The translations under genes were made by a program, and so were the position numbers. This document shows positions 8,259 through 19,620 of a DNA stretch of 64,000 bases, one piece after another (the stretch's first letter is position 1; the number at the start of each line of letters is the position of its first letter). Source of the stretch: Acidobacteriota bacterium (GTDB lineage Bacteria > Acidobacteriota > Blastocatellia > RBC074); NCBI GenBank assembly GCA_037439425.1, contig JBBIWA010000014.1:29781-93780 (forward strand), written 5' to 3'. The notes beneath the pieces are model-generated. The model saw only the letters and a list, made by a program, of their open reading frames with translations. It had not been told where the DNA came from and did not search any database.

Positions 8259-11200
8259 TCACTGTCCGCTGACCGTCGCCGGCTTGACGTAAACCGCAGG
8301 CACGTTCTGATCACGCACCAGCTTATTGAAGGCAGGCAGCTCAGCGTTCATAACCTGCCTCAGCTTTTGCAACTGCGCGTTGATCTTACCGACCAGCTCA
8401 TTGTAGACCGCGATGGATTGATCGGTCGGAGCGGCGTCAGCGCTCGCCACCACGCCTGCCAGCGCAGCGAGTTTGTTGTTGAGCTTGATCGGGAAGTTGA
8501 GCGGGTCCTGATTACTCTGGTTTTTGGTCTGATAGAGCTCTTCCTCAATCGCCGTCAATTTGTCGTTGAGCGCTTTCCCGGCATCCACAATCGCCTTGCC
8601 ATTAGGCTGATCTTTGGCGCGTCTGGCGATCTCATCAACCTGTCTGCGCACGTCACGGATCTGGATGATCGCTTCGTGAGTCTCACTGAGCTTGTCGCGA
8701 ATTTTCAGAAGCAGATCGAACTGTTTGGCGAACTCAGCCTGAGTGGTGGCAAGGCGCGGGTCTTTTTTGACCTCAAAACTCTCAGTCAGGCTCTTGCCGC
8801 CAACGGTGAGCCGGACTTGATAGGTGCCCGGCACAGCGCGGGGCCCTTGTGTATTGCCAGCCCACATAATCAGACCGGGGAACCTGGTGGCAGCTGGATA
8901 CCTGAAGTCCCAGATGAAGCGATTCAAGCCAGCTTCAGCAGGTAGCCGGCTGGGCCCGCCGCCACGGAAGAAAAATTCTTCTTCACCGGATGGCGGCCCA
9001 GATGGTTCGTCAACGGCTTTACTGCTAAACTTTTTGACCAGCTTGCCAGCGCTATCGAGGATCTCCAGCGTGAGCTCACCTTCCGGTTTGTTCTTCAGGT
9101 AATAAAAGATCACTGCCCCGTTGGGTGGATTTTGCCCTACGACAGCAGTGGGCGGCAACTGGAAGCCACCGCCGCCCATCCGGTAAGCGTCCTCCGGTTT
9201 GAAGAGATGCGCTTCGGCTCTGGCTATCGCATCTGACATCTGATGCAACACCGGCAGGTCATCGAGGATCCAGAAGGAACGCCCTTGCGTGGCGAGGATC
9301 AGGTCTTTTTCACGCTTGTGTACTGCGATGTCGGTGATCGGTACAACCGGCAAATTGTTTTGCAGCGAGACCCAGTTTTCACCATCATCGAACGAGACGT
9401 AGATACCAGTCTCAGTGCCCGCATAGAGCAAGCCGCGGCGATGCGGGTCAGCGCGGATCACGCGCGTGAAAGCATCTTCAGCAATGCCGTTCACGATCTT
9501 CTTCCACGTCTTGCCGTAATCGTTGGTCTTGTAAAGGTAGGGCTTGTAATCGTCCCACTTGTACATGGTGGCGGCAATGTAAGCTGTGCCCGCCTCATGC
9601 GGTGAGGCTTCGATGGAATTGATTTGGATCCATTCTGGGATCTCTTTCGGCGTGACATTCTCCCACTTCTTGCCGCCATCGCGTGTGACGTGCACCAGAC
9701 CGTCATCTGAACCAACCCAGATCAAGCCCTTCTGCAAGGGTGACTCCATGAGGGTGAAGATCGTGCAGTAATACTCGATGCTGGTATTGTCTTTGGTGAT
9801 CGGGCCGCCGGAAGGGCCTTGTTTGGATTTGTCGTTGCGCGTCAGGTCGGGGCTGATCACTTCCCAGCTCTGACCTTCATTGGTGGACCTGTGCAACACA
9901 TTGCTTGCGGCATAAAGCGTGCTCGCATCGTGGGGCGAAAAGACTATCGGGAAATTCCACTGGAAGCGATACTTCAATTCCGCCGCGCCCCAGCCCATCG
10001 GATTATCAGGCCAGGGGCTGACGTTACGCAACTGTCCGGTGCGATGATCGTAGCGTGTGATCAGGCCGCCATAAGAGCCTGCAAAGACGATGTTAGAATC
10101 CTTCGGGTGCGGCGCAATCCAGCCACTTTCACCGCCGCCCACAGCGTGCCAGTGCGTGCGGTCAATACCGAAGTCAACCGTGCGACTCGGAATCTTAACA
10201 GTTGAGTTGTCCTGCTGCGCGCCGTAGACGTGATAGGGGAAATCATTGTCCACGATGACGCGATAAAACTGCGCCGTCGGTTGATCCTGCGCGGTCCAGG
10301 TCCGGCCACCATTGAACGAAACATTCGCGCCACCATCGTTGCTGTTGATCATGCGCAGCGGATCGTTCGGCGCAATCCACAGATCGTGATTATCCCCATG
10401 TGGGACGCTGATGGTCGTGTAGGTGCGCCCACCATCGGTGGACTTGTAGAAGCCGGTGTTGAGCACATAGACCGTGTCAGCGCTCACCGGATCAGCATAG
10501 ATGCGCGTGTAGTACCAGGCGCGCTGCCGCAGTCGCCGCTCCTGATTGACGCGCGTCCAGCTCAGGCCACCATTGTCCGAACGAAAGACGCCGCCGTCTT
10601 CAGCTTCAATGATGGCCCAAACACGCTCTGGATTAGCCGGAGAAACCGTGATACCGACTTTGCCAATGAGGCCTTTGGGCAGGCCGGGATTGCGCGTCAA
10701 TTCAGTCCAGGTATCGCCGCCATCGGTGGATTTGAAGATGCCGCTGCCGGGACCGCCACTCTCCAGCGTGTAAGGCGTGCGATAGACCTCCCAGAATCCA
10801 GCATAGATGATATTGGGATTAGTTGGGTCCAGGATCAGATCGACTGCGCCGGCCTTGTTGCTGCGATAGAGGACCTTCTCCCAGCTCTTGCCGCCATCCC
10901 TGGTGCGAAAGACGCCGCGCTCTTCATTTGGCCCCCAGACATGGCCAAGTGCGGCAACATAGACGATGTGGGGATTGCGCGGATGGACGCGCACACGACC
11001 GATCTGGCGGGTCTCTTTCAAGCCAACGTGCTTCCACGTCTTGCCCGCATCCATTGATTTGTACACCCCATCGCCGTGCGAGACGTTGCCGCGGATGGGC
11101 ACTTCGCCCATCCCGACGTAGATGATGTTGGGATCAGATTCAGCTACCCCAATAGCTCCGACTGAACCGGTGCCAAACTGCCCATCTGAAACCGGGAACC

Positions 11201-11471
11201 AATTCATTCCGCCATCAGTCGTCTTCCAGACACCGCCGCCGCAGGCGCCAAAGTAATAGACCATAGGTTGTGAACTGACACCGGCGACAGCCGTTACGCG
11301 CCCGCCGCGATACGGGCCGATGCTGCGCCACTGCAGCGATTTGAGGATCTTTCCTGTTTCAGATGCTGATTGCGCCTGGACTGACAGCCACGAAAGGCTG
11401 ATTGCGAGGCTCAGCATCAACAGCGAAATGAGAACTGCTGGACGTTGAATAAAGCGTTGAAATCTCTTCAT
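8259..11471 (-). CDS. Large secreted BNR/Asp-box repeat protein (sortilin/VPS10- or GH74-like beta-propeller) with a C-terminal coiled-coil region
   Basis: Signal peptide [33 protein letters not shown]. Multiple S-x-D-x-G-x-T-W Asp-box motifs ([40 protein letters not shown]). The start is chosen at the internal Met of the 1103-aa ORF. Confidence 0.8.
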   Translation of the reverse strand: MKRFQRFIQRPAVLISLLMLSLAISLSWLSVQAQSASETGKILKSLQWRSIGPYRGGRVTAVAGVSSQPMVYYFGACGGGVWKTTDGGMNWFPVSDGQFGTGSVGAIGVAESDPNIIYVGMGEVPIRGNVSHGDGVYKSMDAGKTWKHVGLKETRQIGRVRVHPRNPHIVYVAALGHVWGPNEERGVFRTRDGGKSWEKVLYRSNKAGAVDLILDPTNPNIIYAGFWEVYRTPYTLESGGPGSGIFKSTDGGDTWTELTRNPGLPKGLIGKVGITVSPANPERVWAIIEAEDGGVFRSDNGGLSWTRVNQERRLRQRAWYYTRIYADPVSADTVYVLNTGFYKSTDGGRTYTTISVPHGDNHDLWIAPNDPLRMINSNDGGANVSFNGGRTWTAQDQPTAQFYRVIVDNDFPYHVYGAQQDNSTVKIPSRTVDFGIDRTHWHAVGGGESGWIAPHPKDSNIVFAGSYGGLITRYDHRTGQLRNVSPWPDNPMGWGAAELKYRFQWNFPIVFSPHDASTLYAASNVLHRSTNEGQSWEVISPDLTRNDKSKQGPSGGPITKDNTSIEYYCTIFTLMESPLQKGLIWVGSDDGLVHVTRDGGKKWENVTPKEIPEWIQINSIEASPHEAGTAYIAATMYKWDDYKPYLYKTNDYGKTWKKIVNGIAEDAFTRVIRADPHRRGLLYAGTETGIYVSFDDGENWVSLQNNLPVVPITDIAVHKREKDLILATQGRSFWILDDLPVLHQMSDAIARAEAHLFKPEDAYRMGGGGFQLPPTAVVGQNPPNGAVIFYYLKNKPEGELTLEILDSAGKLVKKFSSKAVDEPSGPPSGEEEFFFRGGGPSRLPAEAGLNRFIWDFRYPAATRFPGLIMWAGNTQGPRAVPGTYQVRLTVGGKSLTESFEVKKDPRLATTQAEFAKQFDLLLKIRDKLSETHEAIIQIRDVRRQVDEIARRAKDQPNGKAIVDAGKALNDKLTAIEEELYQTKNQSNQDPLNFPIKLNNKLAALAGVVASADAAPTDQSIAVYNELVGKINAQLQKLRQVMNAELPAFNKLVRDQNVPAVYVKPATVSGQ

Positions 11472-11486
11472 GGTGAATTCTCCTAC

Positions 11487-11588
11487 GGAAAATCCCGGGT
11501 GCGCACGCTTCTGAGCGCCTTCTTCTACATTAAGCAACCCGTGATCAGAGACCGGGCGCGCCAGAGGCATGTACCCAGGATATTTTTA
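11487..11588. repeat. REP-like element fragments (ggaaaatcccgggtgcgcacgcttctgagcgcc ... catgtacccagg) in the intergenic region
   Basis: Shares the gaaaatcc(t/c)gggtRcgcacgc core with the copies at 1638, 12606 and 41032. Confidence 0.5.
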
Positions 11589-12605
11589 TCACTTATGCGA
11601 AATCACTACCTGTTCCAAAGTGGGCGGCAGAGGGTGAAATTCACTGCGTGCAAATCCGGCGTTGGCAAACATTCGTTCGTACTCCGCAAAAGTGTAAGCA
11701 TCTCCGCTCGGGGTCGTACCTAGCATGATCATGGCGAAAGCAGCCGCACTGGGCGGGCTGATCCGGTCTTCATTGGGAATAAAATCGAGCGTGACGGCGC
11801 GCCCGCCCTCAGCGAGTGCCGCGTGAACCTTCCTGAGCACCTTCTCGCAAGTGGCCATATCGAAGTGGTGCAAAAAGTTGGTCAGGAAGACCAGATCATA
11901 GCCGCTGCCCAGATCTACTTCAAAGGCGCTGCCGGCAATGGTGCTGAAGCGATGGCTTATGCCGGCAGCTTTGGCGTTCTCTTTAGCCACCTCGAGCACA
12001 TTGGCCCAATCCAGCGCGACTACTTCAGCCTTCGGATGATGCTGGGCAAAGGTGATCCCATACATGCCGTGACCGGCGGCGATATCGAGCACCCGCCATC
12101 TTCGAGCAGGGTCGCCCCTGAGAAGCTTGACCAACTCTTGAGCCGGCAACCTGGCCACCGCAGCCATGGAACGCGCGAACTTCACCCAGATGGGATTTTC
12201 GGCTGAGACGGTGCCCTCTTCAGCTATCACCGTCCCGCCTTTGCGCACCGCAGCCGTCAACTCTTTGAACCCATCGGTCAACATAGGCGAGAGCAAGAAT
12301 TCGATCGCCGAACCCAGGTAAGAAGGAGAACGCCGATCGAGAAACATCGCCGTGTCTGGAGTCAGACGGTAGCGATGATCTTCCTTGATCAGAAAGCCAA
12401 TAATGGTCAGGTAATCGCACAAGATGCGCGTGCCACGTTCAGAAGCTGCGCATCTGGCGGCGATCTCTTGAGCCGTCGCATTCCCTTCGCCGATGGCGGT
12501 AAAGAGATTTAACTCGATGGCTGCTTTGATCGCAGCGGTTCGGATGTGGGCATTAACCGTATCGAAGAATAATGCGGGTGAAAGCTCCGCAATCTGGCTA
12601 GGCAT
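11589..12605 (-). CDS. Class I SAM-dependent O-methyltransferase (family 2 O-MT, CrtF/hydroxyneurosporene-OMT-like)
   Basis: Dimerisation-like N-domain plus VLDIAAGHGMYGITFAQHHPKAEVVALDWANVLEVAKENA, the SAM-binding motif I/post-I pattern. Confidence 0.8.
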   Translation of the reverse strand: MPSQIAELSPALFFDTVNAHIRTAAIKAAIELNLFTAIGEGNATAQEIAARCAASERGTRILCDYLTIIGFLIKEDHRYRLTPDTAMFLDRRSPSYLGSAIEFLLSPMLTDGFKELTAAVRKGGTVIAEEGTVSAENPIWVKFARSMAAVARLPAQELVKLLRGDPARRWRVLDIAAGHGMYGITFAQHHPKAEVVALDWANVLEVAKENAKAAGISHRFSTIAGSAFEVDLGSGYDLVFLTNFLHHFDMATCEKVLRKVHAALAEGGRAVTLDFIPNEDRISPPSAAAFAMIMLGTTPSGDAYTFAEYERMFANAGFARSEFHPLPPTLEQVVISHK

Positions 12606-12850
12606 CTGACTCCTGCGGAAAATCCTGGGTATGCACGCATCCTTGCGTGCTCATTGGAGCTGAAAATCTTGCACGCTAGATCAGCGTGCGTACCCAGGCT
12701 TAGAAAATCTCTGGGAGCGCATGCATCCTTGCGTGCCTGTCTTCGTCGAGTAGGCTATTACCGAAGACCAAGCACGCTAGAAGCGTGCGCTCGTGAGGGT
12801 TTCATCATCTCAGGGCGCCGTCGAAGACGACATGAAAGACTCCTCTGAAA
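12606..12850. repeat. REP/BIME-like structured repeat cluster (about 170-bp unit, about 1.5 copies)
   Basis: Contains gaaaatcctgggtatgcacgcatccttgcgtgc, gaaaatcttgcacgctagatcagcgtgcg and tttcatcatctcagggcgccgtcgaagacgac. The same modules occur in the same order at 41032-41450. Confidence 0.7.
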
Positions 12851-12853
12851 GGG

Positions 12854-12923
12854 AACCACGAAGGCCACGCAACGTCACGAAGAGAGGCAGATGATCTTTG
12901 TTTGCTTCGTGATCTTCGTGGTT
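12854..12923. repeat. AACCACGAAG...CTTCGTGGTT stem-loop element followed by TATTTGTTTC (second copy of the 6472-6530 hairpin)
   Basis: aaccacgaaggccacgcaacgtcacgaag...cttcgtgatcttcgtggtt. The terminal arm is the reverse complement of the 6472 element. Confidence 0.55.
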
Positions 12924-13204
12924 TATTTGTTTCTGCTGCGCCGTCCGTGACGGCCTGAACGACTTCTCTGAAAATAAACTACCAAGAACCGAACCTCAGA
13001 CCCCCGACCAATAAGAGGTCTGAGGTCTGAATCTCTTTGCTTATCTGGCATCAGGTCTGGTATATCTTAAGTCCGTTGTCACGATTGAGCAACGCTTCAA
13101 GCGCACACGGATGAGACAGAGCAAACTGATCTCGACGAGCCGCTGCTGCGGCGTCGCATCAGCTTCATCTGTTTCATCCGTCTTTTATTCAGAGGTAGTA
13201 AGAA

Positions 13205-14179
13205 GTGATCACTAAAATCATTCCGCTCGGCACCAGTTCAGGCAAACCGACGCTCACGCGCAATGTCAGCGCCACGGCTATCTTGGGCGAGGGCGAGTGG
13301 TGGTTGTTTGACTGCGGCGAAGGTACGCAGATGCAGATTGTGCGCGCCGGACTGTCGTTTCATCGTCTGGCGGGAATTTTTATCACGCATCTGCACGGCG
13401 ATCATTTCAACGGGCTGGCTGGCCTGCTCTCCACGCTCGGCCTTAATCAGCGAGAGCATGAGCTAACGCTGGTCGGTCCGCCCGGCCTTGGCGAGTACCT
13501 TGACCTGGTCCGACGGTTGCGGATTTTGTATCTCAATTTTCCGCTCCGTCTGCGCGAAGTGAGCCAAGCGGATTTCGGTACCGGAAGCAGCGATGAAGGT
13601 TTGCCCGGCAATCCGCTGCTCGTTTATGAGTCGGAGAAATATACAGTGATCACGCTGCCGCTCGATCATCGCCTCTTCGCGCTGGGCTATCGCGTCCAGG
13701 AGCGAACTCGTCCGGGGCGGTTTAATGTCGCACGAGCGCGTGAGCTGGGCATTCCCGAAGGCCCGCTCTATGGACAGTTGCAGCGCGGCTTTGACATTCG
13801 GCTTCCTGATGGTCGCGTCATTCATCCTTCAGATGTGCTTGGCCCACCGCGTCCCGGCAAAGCGGTAGCCTATTGTCTTGACACACGCCCCTGCGCCAAT
13901 GCGGTTGAGCTGTCACGCCAGGCCCACTATCTGATTCACGAAGCGACTTACACGGAAGACTTGATTGATGAAGCGCACCTCTATGGCCATTCGACTGCGG
14001 CGCAGGCGGCGCGCACCGCTCGCCTGGCTGGAGCCGAGCGTCTGTTGATTACTCATTTCAGCTCGCGCTTCCCTGATGCCAAGCCGTTGCTGGCTGAAGC
14101 CCGCGCCATCTTCCCCGCCACCACTATGGCGGAAGAGCTGGTGGAGATAGAAGTAAAGGTAGAGCATCGCCATGGATGA
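13205..14179 (+). CDS. rnz: Ribonuclease Z (tRNA 3' endonuclease), metallo-beta-lactamase fold
   Basis: [12 protein letters not shown] (the HxHxDH motif) and the N-terminal pattern typical of short-form RNase Z. GTG start. Confidence 0.85.
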   Translation: MITKIIPLGTSSGKPTLTRNVSATAILGEGEWWLFDCGEGTQMQIVRAGLSFHRLAGIFITHLHGDHFNGLAGLLSTLGLNQREHELTLVGPPGLGEYLDLVRRLRILYLNFPLRLREVSQADFGTGSSDEGLPGNPLLVYESEKYTVITLPLDHRLFALGYRVQERTRPGRFNVARARELGIPEGPLYGQLQRGFDIRLPDGRVIHPSDVLGPPRPGKAVAYCLDTRPCANAVELSRQAHYLIHEATYTEDLIDEAHLYGHSTAAQAARTARLAGAERLLITHFSSRFPDAKPLLAEARAIFPATTMAEELVEIEVKVEHRHG

Positions 14180-15614
14180 AGGGCGCAGGATTCCTCCCAC
14201 AGCAACGCCAGTAGAACAGCAACTCGGCGCTTGCCGTCTCTGGAACGCCTTGCGCGAAGCTATTAGTGGCACCGAGCAGGATTTCACCGAAGGCAGCATT
14301 GGCCGCGCGATTGTATTGCTCTCGATTCCGATGGTGCTGGAGATGGCGATGGAGTCGTTGTTTGGTATCGTCAACATCTTCTGGGTCTCGCGGCTGGGCG
14401 CGGATGCGATCGCCACTGTGGGCTTGACCGAAGCGCTGCTCACGATCGTCTTCGCCATTGCCATGGGACTGAGCCTGGCAACAACTGCTACAGTGGCGCG
14501 CCGCATTGGTGAGAAAGACCCGGAAGGCGCTTCGGTTGCTGCCGTGCAAACTATCGCGCTGGGAATCTTCGTCTCCATTCCCATCGGTCTGGTGGGACTC
14601 TTCTTCGTGAAGGAATTGTTCCAATTGATGAAGGCCGAGCCGAGCGTGATCGCAGCAGGAACAGGCTATGGCCGCATCATCTTCGGCGCTAACGTCGTGG
14701 TCATGCTGCTGTTTCTGATCAACGCGATCTTTCGTGGAGCAGGCGATGCAGCCATTGCGATGCGCGCCTTGTGGTTTGGCAATCTCATCAATCTGGTGCT
14801 TGACCCGTGTTTCATCTTCGGACTGGGTCCGTTTCCCGAATGGGGAGTGACCGGATCAGCCGTAGCAACCACCATCGGGCGCGGCCTGGCCGTGGTCTAT
14901 CAACTCTCGGTTCTGCTGCGCCGGAACAGCCGCGTGCCAGTGCGGTTCAACCATTTGTGGCTCGACTTCGGAGTGATGCGGCGGCTGGTGCGCATCTCGG
15001 TGGGCGGGATGTTTCAATACCTGGTGGCGACGGCGAGCTGGGTAGGACTGGTCTGGATTGTTGATCACTTCGGCAAAGAGGCACTGGCTGGCTACACTGT
15101 GGCGCTGCGCATTATCGTCGTCACGATCTTGCCTTCGTGGGGGATGAGCAATGCAGCAGCAACACTGGTCGGCCAAAATCTGGGAGCGGGAAAGCCGGAG
15201 CGCGCCGAGCGTTCGGTCTGGGTGACGGGCTTCAGCAACATGGTCTTCCTGGCAGGCGTTGCCATTGTCTTCATCCTTTTTGCCGAATGGCTGATCCACC
15301 TCTTCACGCGCGATCCGGCAGTGGTGCCTTACGGCGTGGATTGTTTGCGCTACATCAGCTACGGCTACATCTTCTATGCCTACGGCATGGTGATGTTGCA
15401 ATCGTTCAACGGCGCAGGCGATACCTACACGCCGACGGTGATCAATCTCTTTTGCTATTGGCTGTTTCAGATTCCGCTGGCTTACGTGCTGGCGATGAAG
15501 CTAGACTTTGGCGCACAGGGGGTGTTTTTGGCCATCACCATAGCTGAGTCCATGATTGCCGTTGTGGCGGTGATAGCATTCCGGCGAGGGCGCTGGAAAG
15601 AGCAGCAAGTCTAA
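14172..15614 (+). CDS. MATE family efflux transporter
   Basis: About 12 predicted TM helices and duplicated MatE-like halves. The 8-bp overlap with rnz suggests translational coupling. Confidence 0.85.
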   Translation: MDEGRRIPPTATPVEQQLGACRLWNALREAISGTEQDFTEGSIGRAIVLLSIPMVLEMAMESLFGIVNIFWVSRLGADAIATVGLTEALLTIVFAIAMGLSLATTATVARRIGEKDPEGASVAAVQTIALGIFVSIPIGLVGLFFVKELFQLMKAEPSVIAAGTGYGRIIFGANVVVMLLFLINAIFRGAGDAAIAMRALWFGNLINLVLDPCFIFGLGPFPEWGVTGSAVATTIGRGLAVVYQLSVLLRRNSRVPVRFNHLWLDFGVMRRLVRISVGGMFQYLVATASWVGLVWIVDHFGKEALAGYTVALRIIVVTILPSWGMSNAAATLVGQNLGAGKPERAERSVWVTGFSNMVFLAGVAIVFILFAEWLIHLFTRDPAVVPYGVDCLRYISYGYIFYAYGMVMLQSFNGAGDTYTPTVINLFCYWLFQIPLAYVLAMKLDFGAQGVFLAITIAESMIAVVAVIAFRRGRWKEQQV

Positions 15615-15628
15615 AGTTTTGGTCTGAT

Positions 15629-17479
15629 ATGGAAAACAAGAAGCACTTCAGTTTTTCCGAGGCCTGGCACGAAGCTAGAGAATTGGTCTGGGCACATCGC
15701 GCCCGATTGGCGATCGGTTTAGCGTTGATGCTGATCAACCGAGTGGTGGGATTGGTGCTGCCAGCTTCCTCGAAATTCTTGATTGACGAAATCATCATCA
15801 AGCAGCGCGGCGAGCTACTGCTGTCGGTCGCGCTGGTCACGGGAGCGGCCACTCTCATTCAGGCTGCGACCTCCTTTTCGCTTTCGCAGGTGCTGGGCGT
15901 CGCAGCGCAGCGGGCGATTACTGAAATGCGCAAGAGCGTTCAGGCGCATGTGGCGCGGCTGCCGATCAGCTATTTCGATTCCACGCAGACCGGGGTGTTG
16001 ATTTCACGCATCATGACTGATGCCGAGGGAGTCAGGAATCTGGTAGGCACGGGACTGGTGCAGTTGAGTGGCGGTCTGGTGACAGCAAGCCTGGCGCTCG
16101 GAGTGCTCTTTTACCTCAATTGGCAGCTGACTTTGATTACGCTTCTGATCCTGGCGCTTTTCGGCGGTGGAGTAGCTCTGGCCTTTGCGAAATTGCGACC
16201 GCTGTTTCAAGAGCGCGGAAAAATTCAAGCTGAAATCACTGGCCGATTGGCTCAATCCTTAAGTGGTATTCGTATCGTCAAGTCATACACGGCAGAGAAA
16301 CGCGAGGAACTGGTCTTCGCGCGTGGCGCGCACCGGCTGTTCCGCAACATCGCCAAATCAATCACCGGAGTCTCGTTGACGATGACGATGGTCACGATCA
16401 TCATCGGCCTGGTAGGCGTGACGATGATTCTAGTGGGTGGGCGTGCGATCCTTTCCGGCGAGATGACGCTGGGCGATTTTGTGATGTATATCTTCTTCAC
16501 CGGTCTGGTCGCTGCGCCGCTGATTGACATCGCCAGCATCGGAACTCAAATCAGCGAAGCTTTTGCTGGACTCGATCGCATCCGCGAAATCAAACGCCTG
16601 GCAACAGAAGACGAACAGGACCAGCAGCGTATGCCCTTGCCGGACATTCGTGGTGATGTCACCTTCGAGGATGTCTGTTTCGAATATGAACCTGGCTTCC
16701 CGGTCTTGAAGCACGTCTCCTTTCACGCCCCAGCAGGTTCAACCACAGCTCTGGTGGGATCGAGCGGTTCGGGCAAAAGCACGCTGATCAGTCTGGTGAT
16801 GACGTTTAATCGCCCGACTTCCGGGCGGGTGCTGGTAGACGGCTACGATCTGGCCACCATCAGATTGCGTGATTACCGATCACATCTCGGCGTGGTCTTG
16901 CAGGATAATTTCCTCTTCGATGGCACGATTGCGGAAAACATTCGTTTCTCCCGCCCGCACGCCACTATGGAGGAGATTCAGCAAGCCAGCCGCATCGCGC
17001 ACTGCGAAGAGTTCATCGAAGGGTTCGAGAAGAGATACGACACTATTGTCGGCGAACGTGGGATCAAGCTTTCGGGCGGTCAGCGACAGCGCGTCGCCAT
17101 TGCTCGCGCCATTCTGGCCGATCCCAAAATTCTCATCCTGGATGAAGCGACTTCGAGTCTCGACAGTGAAAGTGAAGCGATGATTCAGGACGGGCTCAGG
17201 TCACTGCGCTGCGGCCGCACCACTTTTGTCATTGCCCATCGCCTCTCAACTATTCAGAGCGCCGATCAGATTCTGGTGTTGGAAGGCGGAGAGATTGTCG
17301 AGCGTGGCACACACGAGCAATTGCTCGCCTCTGGCGGGCGCTACCGGCAGTTATATGAGAAGCAATACAAGCTGCAGCTCGACCGGTTCATCAATCCAGG
17401 CGAAGATTTCACGCCTGAGCCGGAAGAAGTGCTGGCTCCTACTTCAGACCCGGCCTCTGTTCGTCCTACCTCGCTTTAA
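15629..17479 (+). CDS. ABC transporter permease/ATP-binding fusion (MsbA/lipid-A-type exporter)
   Basis: N-terminal 6-TM domain. Walker A GSSGSGKST, ABC signature LSGGQRQRVAIARA, Walker B ILILDEATS. Confidence 0.9.
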   Translation: MENKKHFSFSEAWHEARELVWAHRARLAIGLALMLINRVVGLVLPASSKFLIDEIIIKQRGELLLSVALVTGAATLIQAATSFSLSQVLGVAAQRAITEMRKSVQAHVARLPISYFDSTQTGVLISRIMTDAEGVRNLVGTGLVQLSGGLVTASLALGVLFYLNWQLTLITLLILALFGGGVALAFAKLRPLFQERGKIQAEITGRLAQSLSGIRIVKSYTAEKREELVFARGAHRLFRNIAKSITGVSLTMTMVTIIIGLVGVTMILVGGRAILSGEMTLGDFVMYIFFTGLVAAPLIDIASIGTQISEAFAGLDRIREIKRLATEDEQDQQRMPLPDIRGDVTFEDVCFEYEPGFPVLKHVSFHAPAGSTTALVGSSGSGKSTLISLVMTFNRPTSGRVLVDGYDLATIRLRDYRSHLGVVLQDNFLFDGTIAENIRFSRPHATMEEIQQASRIAHCEEFIEGFEKRYDTIVGERGIKLSGGQRQRVAIARAILADPKILILDEATSSLDSESEAMIQDGLRSLRCGRTTFVIAHRLSTIQSADQILVLEGGEIVERGTHEQLLASGGRYRQLYEKQYKLQLDRFINPGEDFTPEPEEVLAPTSDPASVRPTSL

Positions 17480-17910
17480 CTGAAGAAGCGGCCAGTCGGC
17501 CTCAGATATATCTTCACTACAAGGAAGCTGAGAAAGCATCACAGCCACGCCAGCACATCCCAGCCCTCGACGGCCCGGCCTGACTCAACCACTCTGCTCA
17601 CACCACAGCCCAACCTACTCCGATAACGCAACCGCAGGGAAAGGTAAATAGACGGCGGCCGCTCAAACTTTTCTTGTGATAGTGACCGAAGCGAACGTCT
17701 TCCTAGCTTCACTTCAGATTGACGCCAAGCTCGACTTGATATTTTGGGTCTTAAGAAATAACGACAGGTCGTGGAAGCTGAAGACTAATTTTTCAGGGAG
17801 CTACTCTCTGCCACCACTGCCCGTCGAGTTGCTGCCACAACGGGGCAAGAGCCCTGCTTGTCACAGGAGTCAGCTCCAGGCATTGATTGAGAGATCGCTC
17901 TGTTCCGTCA

Positions 17911-18150
17911 GTAGCGGCCTATCTATAGCGTTCAGCTACGGATAGGAGCGAGCTATGAGCAGCAATTGATAGCTCGCTCCTAACCGCAGCTAGGCTTACT
18001 TTTCTTCACTGCTTACTATAGACAGGTCGCCCCGCTGGGGCTGTAGGAACGCGTGTCGGACGTTTTTCAGCCGCGGTCAGGAGCGAGCAGTTGATAGCAG
18101 GTAGCAGTGCACATTTTTCAGTTCCCTTAGGAGCGGCCTATCTATAGCGA
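17911..18150. repeat. Second copy of the tandem hairpin-repeat module (tttttcagc..cg.t.aggagcg units), here free-standing and not inside a MITE
   Basis: The sequence ggcctatctatagcgttcagctacggataggagcgagctatgagcagcaattgatagctcgctcct closely matches units at 2220-2420. Confidence 0.6.
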
Positions 18151-18312
18151 CGCGATGCTTCGCTGAGGCGATGCTGCGGGCAGTGTTTGTCGAGGCGTTG
18201 CCATTTTCGGGCGGCGGTCGCACAGACTGAGGTAGCAAAAATTCAGCGCTTGAGCGCCTGACTGAGACTGTGGGTTATGCAGCGTAAGGGATAAAGTCAA
18301 GCTCAGGCAGTA

Positions 18313-18342
18313 AAACGGAGACGGGCGTCACAAGAACGCCCG
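18313..18342 (-). terminator. Intrinsic terminator downstream of tRNA-Lys (minus strand)
   Basis: On the minus strand: gggcgttcttgtgacgccc stem-loop followed by gtctccgtttt. Confidence 0.5.
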
Positions 18343-18362
18343 CCACTTGTTGCTGAAGCTGA

Positions 18363-18435
18363 TGAGCCGTGCAGGAATCGAACCTGCGACCCTCTGGTTA
18401 AAAGCCAGATGCTCTACCAACTGAGCTAACGGCCC
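18363..18435 (-). tRNA. tRNA-Lys (anticodon TTT)
   Basis: Reverse complement gggccgttagctcagttggtagagcatctggcttttaaccagagggtcgcaggttcgattcctgcacggctca folds as a cloverleaf. Anticodon loop cuUUUaa. The 7-bp acceptor stem GGGCCGT/ACGGCTC. CCA is not encoded. Confidence 0.85.
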
Positions 18436-18644
18436 AATGTCGTCCAATGCAGCGACAGTTTACCCTGCACCTGTGCTTAAGGTCAACTGGCCCAGCAATT
18501 CCTGCTCAACCCAAAACGCAAGCCCTGACTGTGCCGCTTGAGCGGGAATTGCTGATCCATAGCACTCGTCATTGCTGAGGGCCGAGGGCTCGCTTATAAT
18601 GGCCGGCTCGTTATGCTATCTCAATCCGCTTGAGAGGAGAAAAA

Positions 18645-19580
18645 TTGGCCCTGCAAGATTTGATTTCGATCTCTGATCTGAGCACCCAGGAAATCCACGA
18701 GATATTCCAGACGGCGGCGAAGCTCAAAACTCATCCGCTTGATTACAGTCAGGCGATGGCTGGGCGCAGTGTTGTGCTGATCTTTGAGAAGCCCAGCCTG
18801 CGCACGCGCGTGACGTTTGATCTCGGTGCGACCCAGATGGGAGCTTCCTGCGTCTACCTCGATCATCAAGGCGTCAGGATTGGCGAGCGTGAAGCAGTTA
18901 AAGACATGGCGCTCAATCTCGAACGCTGGGTAGATATCATCGTCGTTCGCACCTATAGCCACGAAACGGTCATCGAGTTTGCCGCTCATGCTTCGGTGCC
19001 GGTCATCAATGGCCTTTCCGATTTCTCGCATCCGTGTCAGGGATTGACCGACTACTTCACGCTCACGGAAAAAGTGGGCGCCAATCTCAAGGGCTTTCGC
19101 CTAGCCTATGTCGGCGATGGCAACAACACCTGCCACTCGCTGATCTTTGGCGCAGCCAAGCTGGGTGTGCATATCACGGTGGGCGCACCGAAGGGTTATG
19201 AGCCGGATGCGGAAGTTCTGAAGCGCGCGCGGCGGGACGCGCGCGCAACGGGCGCCAAGCTCCAGGTGGTTAATGATCCTTATGAAGCGGTTGCAGGCGC
19301 TGATGCGGTCTATACGGATGTTTGGGCTTCGATGGGGTTTGAAGCGGAGACTGAGCGGCGGCGCGAGATCTTCGCTCCTTTCCGCGTGACCAGGAAACTG
19401 ATGGCTCACGCGCGGCGCGGCGCCTTCTTTATGCATTGCCTTCCTGCTCACCGTGGCGACGAAGTGGATGCCGAGGTGATTGATCGCAAAGGCTCCATCG
19501 TTTACGATCAAGCTGAAAACCGCCTCCATACGCAGAAAGCGATTATGTTGCTGCTCGTGCAGGCCAATAAAAAAGCCTAG
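18645..19580 (+). CDS. argF: Ornithine carbamoyltransferase
   Basis: Carbamoyl-phosphate binding SLRTRVTF (the STRTR motif) and ornithine-binding HCLPAHRGDEV. The TTG at 18645 is preceded by GAGAGGAGAAAAA. The ORF track starts the frame at 18630. Confidence 0.8.
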   Translation: MALQDLISISDLSTQEIHEIFQTAAKLKTHPLDYSQAMAGRSVVLIFEKPSLRTRVTFDLGATQMGASCVYLDHQGVRIGEREAVKDMALNLERWVDIIVVRTYSHETVIEFAAHASVPVINGLSDFSHPCQGLTDYFTLTEKVGANLKGFRLAYVGDGNNTCHSLIFGAAKLGVHITVGAPKGYEPDAEVLKRARRDARATGAKLQVVNDPYEAVAGADAVYTDVWASMGFEAETERRREIFAPFRVTRKLMAHARRGAFFMHCLPAHRGDEVDAEVIDRKGSIVYDQAENRLHTQKAIMLLLVQANKKA

Positions 19581-19620
19581 CGTCCGGAGTCCAGCGTCGT
19601 GAAAGAGAAGTTTTGAGCTA

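Noticed and set aside
8181-11057. Long antisense ORFs within large genes (for example 8181-8945, 10230-11057, 4526-5158, 33245-33985, 50389-50976, 59048-59929)
   Set aside because: These are typical stop-poor reverse frames in high-GC DNA. Each is fully embedded opposite a gene with strong family signatures, and none has a start context or domain features.
18363-18435. Genomic island integrated at tRNA-Lys or tRNA-Pro (looked for a direct repeat of the tRNA 3' end and an integrase)
   Set aside because: No integrase/recombinase gene lies anywhere in the window, and I could not find a downstream duplicate of either tRNA 3' segment by eye. The flanking genes (argF, murJ, acyP, apt) are core housekeeping.
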